From Candidatus Poribacteria bacterium (GTDB lineage: Bacteria; Poribacteria; WGA-4E; PCPOR2b), in NCBI GenBank assembly GCA_965208325.1, contig OZ242326.1:3872001-3936000 (forward strand): a DNA stretch of 64,000 nt, written 5' to 3'. How positions within the stretch are numbered: position 1 is the stretch's first letter; each line of letters opens with the position of its first letter. Below are positions 39,336 to 49,967 of this stretch, one piece after another. A model generated the notes under the pieces. It was not told the DNA's origin. It did no database searches and saw only the letters and a program-made list of their open reading frames with translations. The position numbers were made by a program, and so were the translations under genes.

Positions 39336-40745
39336 TTGGAGGCGGAGTTTATCAAGAATCCCCAGTGTGCATATGAAGTTCACAAGGGGAATTTCTCACG
39401 GGAATTTGTCGAAAAAATATCCAGCGAGCAGGACGAGCCGCAATGGATGCGTTCGCTTCGATTGGATGCTTATAAACGCTACCAAAGCCTGCCAATGCCT
39501 CATATCACGCCCGATGAGGTGTGGCGCCGGACAGCCGCTATGAGCACCCAAGATTATTGGCGTCGGACAGCGAGAAATATGCGGGGATTGAAGTTAGAGA
39601 AGTATCAACCCGTTGCACTCACCCCAAACGGGAAATTGATGCAATCGGATCCCGTTTTGCCCAACACCAGCGCCGCGCAGGTTCAATCGAACGAGGCATC
39701 AGGCGTAATAGCCGTACAAGATGGCCGCGTTGTAGAACATGCGCTATCGAAGGAACTTGTACGCAAAGGGGTGTACTTTGCAGACATTAATACCGCTTTG
39801 CAGGAACGATCGGATTTCGTCCGCTCATATTTCATGACCAAAGCCGTGAGGATTGATTGGAATAGCTTCGACGCGCTGCACGGAGCCTTCTGGCAAGGAG
39901 GATTCCTGCTGCATGTTCCCAAAGGCGTTGTCGTCGAAATTCCGATGCATGTTTTTATCGCGTTGTCTGAGGCAAATCGCGCCGATCTCGCGCATTCAAT
40001 AATTGTCGCTGACGATTCAAGTCAGATTACCATTGTGGAAGAGCAGCTATCGGCTGACGTTGCGGCGCCCGGATTGCATTGCGGGGCAGTTGAGATTTTT
40101 GTCGGACGAAACGCACAAGTGAATTACGCACAAATTCAGCGCTGGAATCACCAAGTTTGGAACTTTTCAAGTCAACGCGCAATTGTCGATAGAGATGCTG
40201 AATTCCGTTGGATTACAGGCGCTTTAGGCAGCCGCCTTAGCAAGTTGAACCAAGTTTCCGTTCTTGAGGGTGCGGGTTGCCGTGTTGATATGCTCGGGCT
40301 CACGTTCACCCATGCGCGCCAACACATTGATATTCATACATATCAAGAGCATAAAGCCAACCATACAACCAGCGACTTGCTCTACAAATCTGTGCTCAAG
40401 AATCAATCACAATCAGTGTGGAGCGGCATGATTTACGTTCACCCGGAAGGACAGCATACCGACGCGTATCAAAAAAATGATAATTTGGTTTTGAATAAAC
40501 GCGCACATGCCGATACACTTCCCGGTTTAGAGATTAACGCAAACGAGGTGCGTTGCACCCACGGTGCAACGGCTGGTTCCATTGATAAAGAACAGGTGTT
40601 CTACCTCATGAGCCGTGGGTTATCGTATGATCAGGCCGAAAAGATGATTGTCGCTGGCTTTTTTGAGCCGGCAATGGGAAGAATCCCGTTGGTATCTGTT
40701 CGGAAGCAATTGCAGCAATCTGTGACGGACAAACTCGCAATTTAG
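39336..40745 (+). CDS. sufD: Fe-S cluster assembly protein SufD
   Basis: [25 protein letters not shown]; paralogous to SufB and lies in the operon. Confidence 0.93.
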   Translation: MEAEFIKNPQCAYEVHKGNFSREFVEKISSEQDEPQWMRSLRLDAYKRYQSLPMPHITPDEVWRRTAAMSTQDYWRRTARNMRGLKLEKYQPVALTPNGKLMQSDPVLPNTSAAQVQSNEASGVIAVQDGRVVEHALSKELVRKGVYFADINTALQERSDFVRSYFMTKAVRIDWNSFDALHGAFWQGGFLLHVPKGVVVEIPMHVFIALSEANRADLAHSIIVADDSSQITIVEEQLSADVAAPGLHCGAVEIFVGRNAQVNYAQIQRWNHQVWNFSSQRAIVDRDAEFRWITGALGSRLSKLNQVSVLEGAGCRVDMLGLTFTHARQHIDIHTYQEHKANHTTSDLLYKSVLKNQSQSVWSGMIYVHPEGQHTDAYQKNDNLVLNKRAHADTLPGLEINANEVRCTHGATAGSIDKEQVFYLMSRGLSYDQAEKMIVAGFFEPAMGRIPLVSVRKQLQQSVTDKLAI

Positions 40746-40818
40746 AGATTAGGCATTGGGTATTTGACCCGCTGCCAAATACAATTAACTAATTTTTAAT
40801 AAAGAAAGGAAACAAAAA

Positions 40819-41199
40819 ATGAGTCAACCTAAGATTACCGCCTATATGAAACCCGTCTGTGGTTGGAGCAATGGCGTTCGCGCGATTTTCCAAAAATACG
40901 GTTTAGAATACGAAGACAGAGACATTATCAACAACGCCGACAACTATCGGGAAATGGTGGAAAAGAGCGGGCAGCCCCTTCAGCCAACCATTGAGATTGA
41001 TGGTGCAATCATCGCCGATGTGAGCGGCGATGAAGTCGAAGCGTATCTCCTCGAAAAAGGATTCGTACAACCGAGCGACGCTGACGTTGGTGTACCAACG
41101 GATCAAGCATGCGCCGATCACGGTGACGTCGCGGTAAACATCGATCAGCCGCAAAGTAGACTGTCTAAGTGGGCGAGCAACTTTCTGTCAAAGTCTTGA
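40819..41199 (+). CDS. Monothiol glutaredoxin-like protein (CGWS)
   Basis: YMKPVCGWS, EMVEKSGQPLQPTIEIDG: glutaredoxin fold with the cis-Pro. Confidence 0.8.
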   Translation: MSQPKITAYMKPVCGWSNGVRAIFQKYGLEYEDRDIINNADNYREMVEKSGQPLQPTIEIDGAIIADVSGDEVEAYLLEKGFVQPSDADVGVPTDQACADHGDVAVNIDQPQSRLSKWASNFLSKS

Positions 41200-41741
41200 T
41201 GTCGCCACCTATCGTAGGGGGGCGTCTTCCCCGCATGGGTGATAACGCATCGAATTGCAATTCCTCGTCGTCAACTGCGTAGGTTCTAACACGCATTAAA
41301 ATTCGAAAAATTGATGTCCTACTCGTGGCTCACATCATCGACTATACGCTGCACGATAGTTGATACTTGTAGGTTGGGTTGTGACTGCTCGCAAAACCCG
41401 ACTTTTTTCTTAATCACGGGGAATGTCCCAAAAACGAAATCCCCGATTTTAGGGCACAAAAGGGCACAAAAGGACACTTTAAGACACACTGCGGTCGACT
41501 CGTTGCGAAAAACACAAAACATGCCGCCGACCTAGTGTTTGACGTGATTCTGAAGCCATCGGAGATTCTAAAATTAAGCGAAATCTTGCCGCTGGGAAAA
41601 AGTGTCCCCAAAAACCTAGTCGCTCGGTAGGGACACTTTTGGAAACTGCGAAAAGCGACGTACTTAGGTATAGGTTGGATTGTGCGTAATCCATATACAC
41701 AATCGGACAACGGCAATTGGTTGTCGTAATTGGAGGTGTGC

Positions 41742-42989
41742 ATGAATGGTGCGTTTCGTCCGCTGGATGTGGAAGCTATCCGCGGCGACTTTCCCATTCT
41801 AAAACAAGAAATCAATCCGCCGTTAATTTATCTGGATAGTGCTGCTTCTTCTCAGAAGCCGAATCGTGTTATTGACGTATTGAGTGATTATTATCGCACC
41901 TATAACGCAAATATCCATCGTGGCATCTATCGAATTTCTGAGAAAGCGACCGAACAGTACGAAGAGGCGCGGAAGAAGATTGCTCGTTTTATCAACTCAC
42001 CGCGCGCTTGCCAGATTATCTTTACACGGAACACAACGGAATCGATAAATCTTGTCGCCAATAGCTGGGGAAACGCTAACCTGCGAGCCGGGGATGAAAT
42101 TCTAATCTCTGTAATGGAACATCATAGCAACCTTGTTCCATGGCAACTGCTTGCTCAACGGACAGGAGCAAAGCTTCGGTACATTGAAGTTACCGATGAA
42201 GGGCTTTTGCATTTAGAGGAATTGGATCGGTTGTTGACCGAACGCACCAAACTTGTTGCGGTAACTCACGTGTCTAATGTTCTCGGCACGGTCAATCCTG
42301 TTCAATCAATCACTGCCGCGGCACATGCGGTTGGTGCAAAAGTCATCATTGATGCAGCGCAAAGCGCTCCGCATTTGCCAGTCGATGTGCAAGCTATCGA
42401 TTGCGATTTCTTCGCTTTCTCAGGGCATAAAATGTGCGGCCCCACCGGAATTGGTGTACTCTTTGGCAAATTGGACCTGCTAGATGAGATGCCGCCGTTT
42501 TTGGGCGGCGGTTCGATGATTCGCACCGTCCAACGTGAACACTCAACTTACGCTGATTTGCCGCAAAAATTTGAAGCGGGCACACCGAGCATTGCTCAAA
42601 CCATTGGACTTGGCGCCGCCGTAGACTATCTCAACGACGTTGGACTTGATGCAATACACCCGCACGAGCAAGAACTTCTTGAGTATGCACACCAGAAATT
42701 GAGCGAAATTGAGGGTATAACTATCTATGGCCCTAAACCACGGCATAAAGTTGGTGCGGTCACCTTTAATTTGGATCGCATCCATGCACACGATGTAGCC
42801 GGTATATTAGATCAGGACGGCGTTGCAATTCGAGCCGGCCATCACTGTACTCAACCCCTAATGCAAAAATTCGGTGTCATCGCTACGGCTCGCGCAAGTT
42901 TTTATCTCTATAATAAACTTGAGGAGGTTGATAGCCTCTATGAAGGACTTCTAAAAGCCCAAAAGATACTGATACGGAGACGAGGATGA
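41742..42989 (+). CDS. sufS: Cysteine desulfurase SufS
   Basis: YLDSAASSQKP, MEHHSN, SGHKMCGPTG, FEAGTP, RAGHHC; GGAGG RBS. Confidence 0.96.
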   Translation: MNGAFRPLDVEAIRGDFPILKQEINPPLIYLDSAASSQKPNRVIDVLSDYYRTYNANIHRGIYRISEKATEQYEEARKKIARFINSPRACQIIFTRNTTESINLVANSWGNANLRAGDEILISVMEHHSNLVPWQLLAQRTGAKLRYIEVTDEGLLHLEELDRLLTERTKLVAVTHVSNVLGTVNPVQSITAAAHAVGAKVIIDAAQSAPHLPVDVQAIDCDFFAFSGHKMCGPTGIGVLFGKLDLLDEMPPFLGGGSMIRTVQREHSTYADLPQKFEAGTPSIAQTIGLGAAVDYLNDVGLDAIHPHEQELLEYAHQKLSEIEGITIYGPKPRHKVGAVTFNLDRIHAHDVAGILDQDGVAIRAGHHCTQPLMQKFGVIATARASFYLYNKLEEVDSLYEGLLKAQKILIRRRG

Positions 42990-43378
42990 ATATCTACGAA
43001 GAAGATATTCTGGATCACTACGAGAATCCAAGCAACTACGGAACTCTTGAGAATCCCGATATCTCTTACGAAGAAGACAACCCGTTATGCGGGGACAAGA
43101 TTCAGATGGATTTGACCGTCAAGGACGGTGTTATCGTGGATGTTGGATGGCGGGGGCATGGTTGTACGATTAGCCAAGCGGCAGCTTCGATGCTAACCGA
43201 ACGAATCAAAGGACAATGTTTGGAAGACATAAAAAAGTTGAGCAAAGACGACCAGTTGGATATGCTTGGCATTCCTTTAGGGCCCGTCCGTCTGAAATGT
43301 GGACTTTTAGCGTTGAAGGTGCTAAAAGCAGGCGCTTATGGACTGAAAGGATGGCCGGGTGAGGAGGACGAGAGGTAG
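42986..43378 (+). CDS. sufU: SufU/NifU-like sulfur-transfer scaffold
   Basis: ILDHYENP, NPLCGD, GCTISQAAAS, RLKC. Confidence 0.9.
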   Translation: MNIYEEDILDHYENPSNYGTLENPDISYEEDNPLCGDKIQMDLTVKDGVIVDVGWRGHGCTISQAAASMLTERIKGQCLEDIKKLSKDDQLDMLGIPLGPVRLKCGLLALKVLKAGAYGLKGWPGEEDER

Positions 43379-43393
43379 GGAGGACATGGGTTA

Positions 43394-43705
43394 ATGAACC
43401 AGTTTTTCAAGGTGGCCGAGGTCAGTGAACTGCCGCCCGGTGGAAAGAAGTTAGTTGAAGTAGATGGACTTCCAGTTGCGATTTTCAATGTGGATGGTGA
43501 TGTTTATGCTATTGAGGACGTTTGTACCCACGATGGAGGTCCGCTCGCTGAGGGTGAGCTGAAAGGCGATGAGGTGGAATGTCCAAGGCACGGAGCGCGT
43601 TTTAGCGTTCGGACGGGAGAAGCCCTCTGTATGCCGGCCGTTGAACCGATAGAGTGTTTTAAAGTCAAAATAGAAGGAGACAATATCCTTGTGTGCGTCG
43701 ATTAA
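43394..43705 (+). CDS. Rieske-type [2Fe-2S] ferredoxin
   Basis: CTH...CPRH Rieske ligands. Confidence 0.93.
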   Translation: MNQFFKVAEVSELPPGGKKLVEVDGLPVAIFNVDGDVYAIEDVCTHDGGPLAEGELKGDEVECPRHGARFSVRTGEALCMPAVEPIECFKVKIEGDNILVCVD

Positions 43706-43801
43706 AAAGACAGTGACCGGTGACTTGTTGATGGTGTCACTTGATTCACTGACCGCCTGCCACTGCTTTTTGCTCTCCACTGCCTTCGAAAGGAGATTCG
43801 G

Positions 43802-44101
43802 ATGGTCACAGAAGAAACGGTTTTTGACACCTTAAAGGAAATCATTGACCCGGAGATTGGCATTAACATAGTGGATATGGGCTTGATATACGGTGTTGAC
43901 ATTCAAGAAAATACCGCTAATATCACCATGACCTTAACGAGTCCCGGTTGTCCCGCCGGTGGTCAAATTATCAATGGGGCGCAGCATCTTGTTGAGCAGC
44001 TGGATGGGATTGACGATACCAACATCAACGTCGTTTGGACGCCTCGCTGGACACCTGAGATGATGAGCGAAGAAGCGAAGGATGAGCTAGGGATTTTTTA
44101 G
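43802..44101 (+). CDS. sufT: SufT/DUF59 Fe-S maturation factor
   Basis: IDPEIGINIVDMGLIY, TLTSPGCP, WTPEMMS. Confidence 0.9.
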   Translation: MVTEETVFDTLKEIIDPEIGINIVDMGLIYGVDIQENTANITMTLTSPGCPAGGQIINGAQHLVEQLDGIDDTNINVVWTPRWTPEMMSEEAKDELGIF

Positions 44102-44172
44102 GACGATGCAAACAATCAGGGAGGATCGACTTAGCGGATAGCGAAGCGGTAGTCTTAAAGGGTTAAACCGTA

Positions 44173-44559
44173 ATGTGTAATTCCCGTTCATCTGCCGAAC
44201 TAAAGCAACCCAAAACGCTTAGAAAACTCAGTGATACAACTTTCCTGATTGTATGGAAAGATGGACACGAAAGCAAATATCCCATCCTTTATCTCAGGCG
44301 TTTATGCCCTTGTGCAGGTTGCGCAATGGAACGGCATGGTGGGCAGGACGTTCACTCCATTTTTGGTCCAAGCGGATTCGGCGATACCTCTCGACTAGTC
44401 GTACCACATGATATTCGTGCAGTCGACATTCAGCTTGTTGGTCGGTACGCAATCCAATTCACGTGGAGCGACGGTCATTCGACCGGCATTTATTCCTTTG
44501 AGACCCTGCGAGAAATATGTCCGTGTGCAAAATGTGCTGCATTATGGAATACCGAATAA
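44173..44559 (+). CDS. DUF971 / gamma-butyrobetaine-hydroxylase N-terminal-like protein
   Basis: WKDGHES.Y..LYLRRLCPCAGC, VGRYAIQFTWSDGHSTGIYSF. Confidence 0.85.
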   Translation: MCNSRSSAELKQPKTLRKLSDTTFLIVWKDGHESKYPILYLRRLCPCAGCAMERHGGQDVHSIFGPSGFGDTSRLVVPHDIRAVDIQLVGRYAIQFTWSDGHSTGIYSFETLREICPCAKCAALWNTE

Positions 44560-44605
44560 AGTCTCCCGATAATCGACCAAAATTCAGGCTGGCTATAGGA
44601 TAGGA

Positions 44606-46231
44606 ATGAAGGGTGGAGATATTCTCATCGAATGTCTGAAAGCGCAGGGAGTACGCTGCATTTTCGGCATGCCAGGCACCCAAAACATAAAGATTTATGA
44701 TTCCCTTCTGCGTCGTGGTACAGGCATTGAACACTTTCTCGTACGCCACGAATATTCTGCAACCCATATGGCGGATGGTTTTGCCCGCTCCACCGGCGAA
44801 ATTGGAGTTGCTTTGACAGTACCCGGTCCAGGCGCGAGCAACGCCTCGACCGGCATTTTGGAAGCATTTACCGATTGCGTTCCTGTGCTGCTAATCACCG
44901 GCCAAAGCGATTCGAAATTTTACACTAAACATCCAAGCAAGATGTTCCACGGCTTGGATCAGATGCAATTCTTCAAACCTATAACGAAGTATTGTGCAAT
45001 CCCCAAGACGGTCGAAGAGGTTCCCGTTGTCGTCGAAAATGCTTTCCGGGCAATGCGGTCCGGTCGTCCTGGTCCCGCTGTGCTAGAATTTCCCATGGAC
45101 ATCATCACCGGAGCAGGGAATGTGACTGTCCCACCGAGAGTCTATCCAACCCCGGTTCCCCCGCCAGACGACGCCGACATAAAATTCGCAGCTAAAACAC
45201 TCAATCGCGCAAAGATGCCCATTTTATTTGTTGGGGCCGCTCTTATTCACGCCGATGCGCGCGAGGAATTGCGGCAGCTCGCTGAGAAACTCAATGCGCC
45301 TGTAATCGTCACGCGATGTGCAAAAGGTGCACTGCGCGAAGATCACCCGCTGGCACTAAGGAATAGTAACGGTTATCTCGCGCGTCAAGGCATGCAAATC
45401 GCAGATTGTACCCTCGCAATTGGACCGCGCTTTACCTCGATTGATACAAGGGACTGGAGTTTCGAACCGTCGCGTCCGCTAATTCAGATTGATGCGGATG
45501 ATACGGAAATAGGGCGAGAGTATCCTTGCGACGTTAACGTCGTCGGAGATCTCAAACTAACATTGCAATCGTTGATCGAAGAAGTTGAGGTTGGCAGCGG
45601 ACATTGGAATAAGCCGTTGCATCGGCTTAGAGAAAAATTTACGGCTCAACCGCCAATGCCCCTGCTGCCGGAAATCCGCGGCGTACTTCCAAACGATGCA
45701 ATCCTTTCAGTTGATGTCCATTCGATTGGATACGCTTCATTTGCGGAGTATCCCATCTACCAGCCCCATAAATTCCTATATCCCTGTATCGGCATCGCTT
45801 TGGGTTACGCTTTTCCTGCGGCGATTGGGGCTAAAATCGCGCATCCGGATAAATCGGTCGTGTGCTTTAGTGGAGATGGCGGATTCATGATGGGCGCTGG
45901 TGAGTTGGCAACAGCAATGATGTACGGAATCAACGTTGTAACGATTGTTGTGAACGATAATGCCTTGACGGCAATTAAGGGTTCGCAGCGGCAGAGCTGC
46001 AACGGACGAACAATTGATACAGACTTGTTGAATCCTGATTTTGTCGAGTTTGCTAGGTCATTCGGCGCATATGCCGTTAGGGTGAATAATCCAGCTGATT
46101 TCAAAAGTGTTCTACAAGACGTGCTCGCAATGAATACGCCTGCCTTAATCGAAGTTCCTATGGAAGATAAGCAAGAAGAACTCATCAACACAATTGGTTG
46201 GATGCAGCCGCAACCGTTGTTGAGGGAATAG
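44606..46231 (+). CDS. Thiamine-pyrophosphate-dependent enzyme (acetolactate synthase large-subunit-like)
   Basis: FGMPG, RHE, ADGFAR, GPG, and the GDGGF...NDN TPP-binding motif. Confidence 0.9.
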   Translation: MKGGDILIECLKAQGVRCIFGMPGTQNIKIYDSLLRRGTGIEHFLVRHEYSATHMADGFARSTGEIGVALTVPGPGASNASTGILEAFTDCVPVLLITGQSDSKFYTKHPSKMFHGLDQMQFFKPITKYCAIPKTVEEVPVVVENAFRAMRSGRPGPAVLEFPMDIITGAGNVTVPPRVYPTPVPPPDDADIKFAAKTLNRAKMPILFVGAALIHADAREELRQLAEKLNAPVIVTRCAKGALREDHPLALRNSNGYLARQGMQIADCTLAIGPRFTSIDTRDWSFEPSRPLIQIDADDTEIGREYPCDVNVVGDLKLTLQSLIEEVEVGSGHWNKPLHRLREKFTAQPPMPLLPEIRGVLPNDAILSVDVHSIGYASFAEYPIYQPHKFLYPCIGIALGYAFPAAIGAKIAHPDKSVVCFSGDGGFMMGAGELATAMMYGINVVTIVVNDNALTAIKGSQRQSCNGRTIDTDLLNPDFVEFARSFGAYAVRVNNPADFKSVLQDVLAMNTPALIEVPMEDKQEELINTIGWMQPQPLLRE

Positions 46232-46270
46232 ACGAATCAGGAATGGTAATACTTCGAAGAACCGAAATCA

Positions 46271-46957
46271 ATGTCAAAAATTCGCGCCGTGCTGTTTGAT
46301 TTTGGAGGCACACTTGACGGAAATGGAATTCACTGGCGTGAGCGAACCTATCGATTCATCCGTTGTGGCCATCCCGAAATCAATCGAAAGGAATTTGATC
46401 GCGCCGACCACGCCGCGGTTGAACAATTCATCGCCGACGGGAAAGCGCCAACGCTGAATCTCCGCGAATCTGCAGATGCGATTGCCACAGGAATTTATGA
46501 ACGGCTCGGATTAAATCTGGCGGAGAAAAATCGATATATCGACCATTTCTGTCGCGGTGTAGCGGAGAGCCTCAATCTAAACCGGCGATGGCTCACAACG
46601 CTTGGAAGCAGATATCAACTCGGCGTTATCAGCAACAACTTTGGAAATGCGCATGGTTGGTGTAATGAATTTGGACTTTCCCCACTGCTTGATGTCGTAA
46701 TAGATTCAACAGTTGTTGGAGTTTGGAAACCGGAACCAGAAATTTTCCGCGCCGCATTGTTTGCGCTGGGGATTTCGCCCCACGAGACAATCTATGTTGG
46801 AGATTCGTATTCGCATGATGTCTGTGGCGCTAAGGGAGTAGGGATGTGGACAGCGTGGTTAGTTGGTGGGGAAGAGAAGGTATGTCCTGACCCTTCAATT
46901 GTCGATGTGCAACTGGCTAATATTCAAGACCTGGAAAGGTTTCTCTCGCAACGATGA
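46271..46957 (+). CDS. HAD-superfamily hydrolase
   Basis: FDFGGTLD, ISNN, KPEPEIF, VGDS..D. Confidence 0.88.
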   Translation: MSKIRAVLFDFGGTLDGNGIHWRERTYRFIRCGHPEINRKEFDRADHAAVEQFIADGKAPTLNLRESADAIATGIYERLGLNLAEKNRYIDHFCRGVAESLNLNRRWLTTLGSRYQLGVISNNFGNAHGWCNEFGLSPLLDVVIDSTVVGVWKPEPEIFRAALFALGISPHETIYVGDSYSHDVCGAKGVGMWTAWLVGGEEKVCPDPSIVDVQLANIQDLERFLSQR

Positions 46958-47258
46958 AATCTGGCGTATGGAATGCTTTGAGAGTTAGATGAAGTATTTC
47001 CTTCTGTGTTTTGGACGGGGTTAGAATTCTAACGTCACATGGTTGCCGATTTAGCGGTCACAATGTCCAACCACCTATGTGCCCACCCGCGATATGCTTG
47101 CTATTTTTTTTAAACGTCGATAGAGTTTGATTTAGCGGAGGCAGGCCTTTACCAGATCTTTTACACCTGCCTTCGCTGTCCCCGGCCATTATCTCTTATG
47201 CCTAAACTTCAGCAGCAATATTAGCAAACCTCACCAAATGAATAGGCAAAGCTTTCTT

Positions 47259-48335
47259 CTATTCCCCCGGTATTGGGAACCACAACCCGCCTGTCTGGTT
47301 TACCAAGTATTTTTGCCATTTATCATTGACGCCAATGACGTCCATCGTAATCTGCGCCGCACGGCAGCGACTCAATACATCAGAGATTGTGTAAGATCCT
47401 TTACACGGTTCATCTGTAATAAGAATGAATCGTCGTTCAGCTTCCTTACGGAATTTTACGCTTGAAATTGATTTGACAATGGCATTGTAAGCTCGCTCAT
47501 CGCCGCCGCATTTGACATTCTCGAGTAAGCGTTCATACTTCCGATAATCCCGTGTCTGGGGAAATATCAGGGAATCATATTTAAATTTGACGATTCCCAT
47601 TGTGAAATCAATGTGTTTTTCCCGAAAAATCTTAACCATGCTGACAAGATGATTTCCCACGGCTCGGATGTTCTCTTCCATGCTGCCGCTCGAATCCAAC
47701 AAAAACACAATATCCGAAATTGAAGAACTTGTGCCGCTTGCAATATTTCTAGCAATCGTCTGCAGCGCACTTCCAATTTGAGCGTCGCGGTTAATGTGTT
47801 TTATGGGATGGTGCTCACCATCCGTTGCCGATTGAGCGTCTCTGTTTTGAGTCAAACTGTTCTCATTCTCCAAGGTGTGTGACGTTGGCTGTCGTGCCAA
47901 GACATTGGCAGGGTTGACAATCAGTTCTCGTAAATATGATTCCTCTTGCGGTTGATTCGTGAGAATAGTATCTGAATTTGGCAATGCCACTTTCGTACTA
48001 ATTGGTAGTGCCGCTGCCAGATATGCTTGTTCTGCCCTATTAGTCTGTTCTCTTCTAACCCGTGAATTCGATTGAGGCATAGAGGGAACCCGCATTGCTA
48101 AGTTTGGGGTGTTTGTGTTCGTAGTTGAGATGCGGCTTGTCAGGCGTGGCGCATAAGAAGGCTGAAGGATTTCAACCACAGTTGGCTCAGCAACAATAGG
48201 TTCCGGAATCGTAGGCGCGGATGGATACCATTTCGGCAAATTTAAGTTCATCATCAACGTAACAATGATGTGCAAAAATATAGATATTACGAATGAGTTA
48301 TGCACTCGTTGTTTGGCTGGCGCTCGGTTATACAT
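47259..48335 (-). CDS. Membrane-anchored VWA-domain protein
   Basis: TonB-like anchor SIFLH, low-complexity linker, MIDAS motif DSSGSM, GGDE, LITDE. Confidence 0.82.
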   Translation of the reverse strand: MYNRAPAKQRVHNSFVISIFLHIIVTLMMNLNLPKWYPSAPTIPEPIVAEPTVVEILQPSYAPRLTSRISTTNTNTPNLAMRVPSMPQSNSRVRREQTNRAEQAYLAAALPISTKVALPNSDTILTNQPQEESYLRELIVNPANVLARQPTSHTLENENSLTQNRDAQSATDGEHHPIKHINRDAQIGSALQTIARNIASGTSSSISDIVFLLDSSGSMEENIRAVGNHLVSMVKIFREKHIDFTMGIVKFKYDSLIFPQTRDYRKYERLLENVKCGGDERAYNAIVKSISSVKFRKEAERRFILITDEPCKGSYTISDVLSRCRAAQITMDVIGVNDKWQKYLVNQTGGLWFPIPGE

Positions 48336-48783
48336 TCCTGATTCCGTGGACGTAAAAATGATGCATGAAAGATAACGCCAAAAAGAGATAATGGGTTCGG
48401 CATTAACTGACCAATTTCTGTCTGATATCCGATTTACCTTTTCATATCATAGGGTGTATAGAAACCTTTAAAGTTTCGGTTTCAAGGGAAAAACGCAAAT
48501 TATTCGCGGAAGGTCTATCCATCTTAAAATTCCGGCTTCGTTACAATGGGAATTTATCATAAATATTCCTGTATGTCAAAGGTGTTTTTCACACGCTGGC
48601 ATTGCTCGGAAAAGATAATTCTCCTGCTGATATAGTCCGTTGAAATCGAATCATTTAAAGAACCAACGGCTAGTATTTTGATTGCGGTTTAAGATACACT
48701 TGCGAGTAAAGATACAAGTGTGTTACAATAACACCAATCAAAGGTAGGTTGAGAAGGTTCGGTTTTTATAAGAGGATTCGCTT

Positions 48784-49290
48784 ATGAAAACACCGGTACT
48801 CGTGTTAAACGCAAGCTACGAGGCGATTAATATTTGTAACTTAAAACGTGCGATGAAGATGATTATCAAAGGGGTAGCGTGTATGGAAGAAGTCTCAGAT
48901 CAGGTTATCCGATCGCCAAGCACCGCAATGAAAATTCCTTTGGTGATTCGTCTCGTGAATTACGTCCATATCCCTCGCTGTGTTGTAAAATTCTCACGAA
49001 GAAACGTATTTGTCCGGGATGCATACGTTTGCCAGTATTGCCATGAGAAATTTCCTCATTCAATGTTAACGCTTGACCATGTTGTCCCAAGATCGCGCGG
49101 AGGTGCAACGGTATGGGAAAACGTCGCGACAGCGTGTAAAAAGTGCAACATCAAAAAAGGTAATTGCACACCTCGTGAAGCTCGTATGTTTCCCAAGCGC
49201 TCCCCTAAAGTTCCCTCAATTATCTCTTATTTGCATCTTAGCCGCCATTTGCGTTATGACGAGTCCTGGAACAAGTATCTGTATATTTAA
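48784..49290 (+). CDS. HNH endonuclease (stand-alone, McrA-like)
   Basis: VLVLNASYE, RDAYVCQYC, LTLDHVVPRSRGG..WENV.TACKKCN.KKG. Confidence 0.92.
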   Translation: MKTPVLVLNASYEAINICNLKRAMKMIIKGVACMEEVSDQVIRSPSTAMKIPLVIRLVNYVHIPRCVVKFSRRNVFVRDAYVCQYCHEKFPHSMLTLDHVVPRSRGGATVWENVATACKKCNIKKGNCTPREARMFPKRSPKVPSIISYLHLSRHLRYDESWNKYLYI

Positions 49291-49294
49291 ATTA

Positions 49295-49966
49295 ATGCGC
49301 TTTTCTATCATCAGAACGCACTTTTTTATTTTGAGTTTCCCTCTTATATGGTTCGCTTGTGCAATTCAAGCGCCCGAAGATTATTATTATCAATTCTCCT
49401 TGATGGAAGAGTGGGGGAAATATAATCGACGAGAAACCGGACGCTCGCCTGGTGAATCCGTTATCCATCCAGAAAATGCGCAACCGCTGGTTGTTGCATT
49501 TGAAGTTGGTAATCCCGCTTCGGGATGGCTAGGTTTTGTACCTTATAAGGTAGTGGGGGACCAGCCTACTAGCAAACCCTCTTCTGAAACTACCAAGCCC
49601 AAAGTGCCCATATCGCTCCAGCAAGAAGTGCTGCGTCGGATGTTTCAAGAGCAGAAAATCCAAACAGTTCACTGGCGTCTAAACGATGGTCGTCTTGATG
49701 GCGGGCACAATATATTTCAAATTCACTTTATTCCACAGGCTTTGTCGGATATAGCAATAAAAAAAGAATTCCTGATGATATGCGCTATTGTGCACGGAAC
49801 TCAAACGCAAGAGGATACAGTTGATGTCATAAAGGGTATTGTTGAAGGTGAAGACGGCACACCGAAAATGATCGTGGAAACTCAAGTTACAGATTATGTT
49901 GACTACCTTCGTGGACAAATCGACAATGCGGAGTGGGAGACTCAAGTAACACTCAAAAAATTTTGA
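49295..49966 (+). CDS. Hypothetical lipoprotein
   Basis: Signal peptide ending IWFAC. ATG 49295 lies 4 nt after the HNH stop, and the stop is 1 nt before rnpA. Confidence 0.65.
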   Translation: MRFSIIRTHFFILSFPLIWFACAIQAPEDYYYQFSLMEEWGKYNRRETGRSPGESVIHPENAQPLVVAFEVGNPASGWLGFVPYKVVGDQPTSKPSSETTKPKVPISLQQEVLRRMFQEQKIQTVHWRLNDGRLDGGHNIFQIHFIPQALSDIAIKKEFLMICAIVHGTQTQEDTVDVIKGIVEGEDGTPKMIVETQVTDYVDYLRGQIDNAEWETQVTLKKF

Positions 49967-49967
49967 C

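Noticed and set aside
47134..47177. Hairpin AGCGGAGGCAGG...CCTGCCTTCGCT between convergent genes as a terminator
   Set aside because: It has a long loop and no U-tract on either strand, so the support is insufficient.
48336..48783. Replication origin near rnpA-yidC-mnmE
   Set aside because: The region is AT-rich, but I saw no cluster of TTATCCACA-type DnaA boxes, and dnaA/dnaN are absent.
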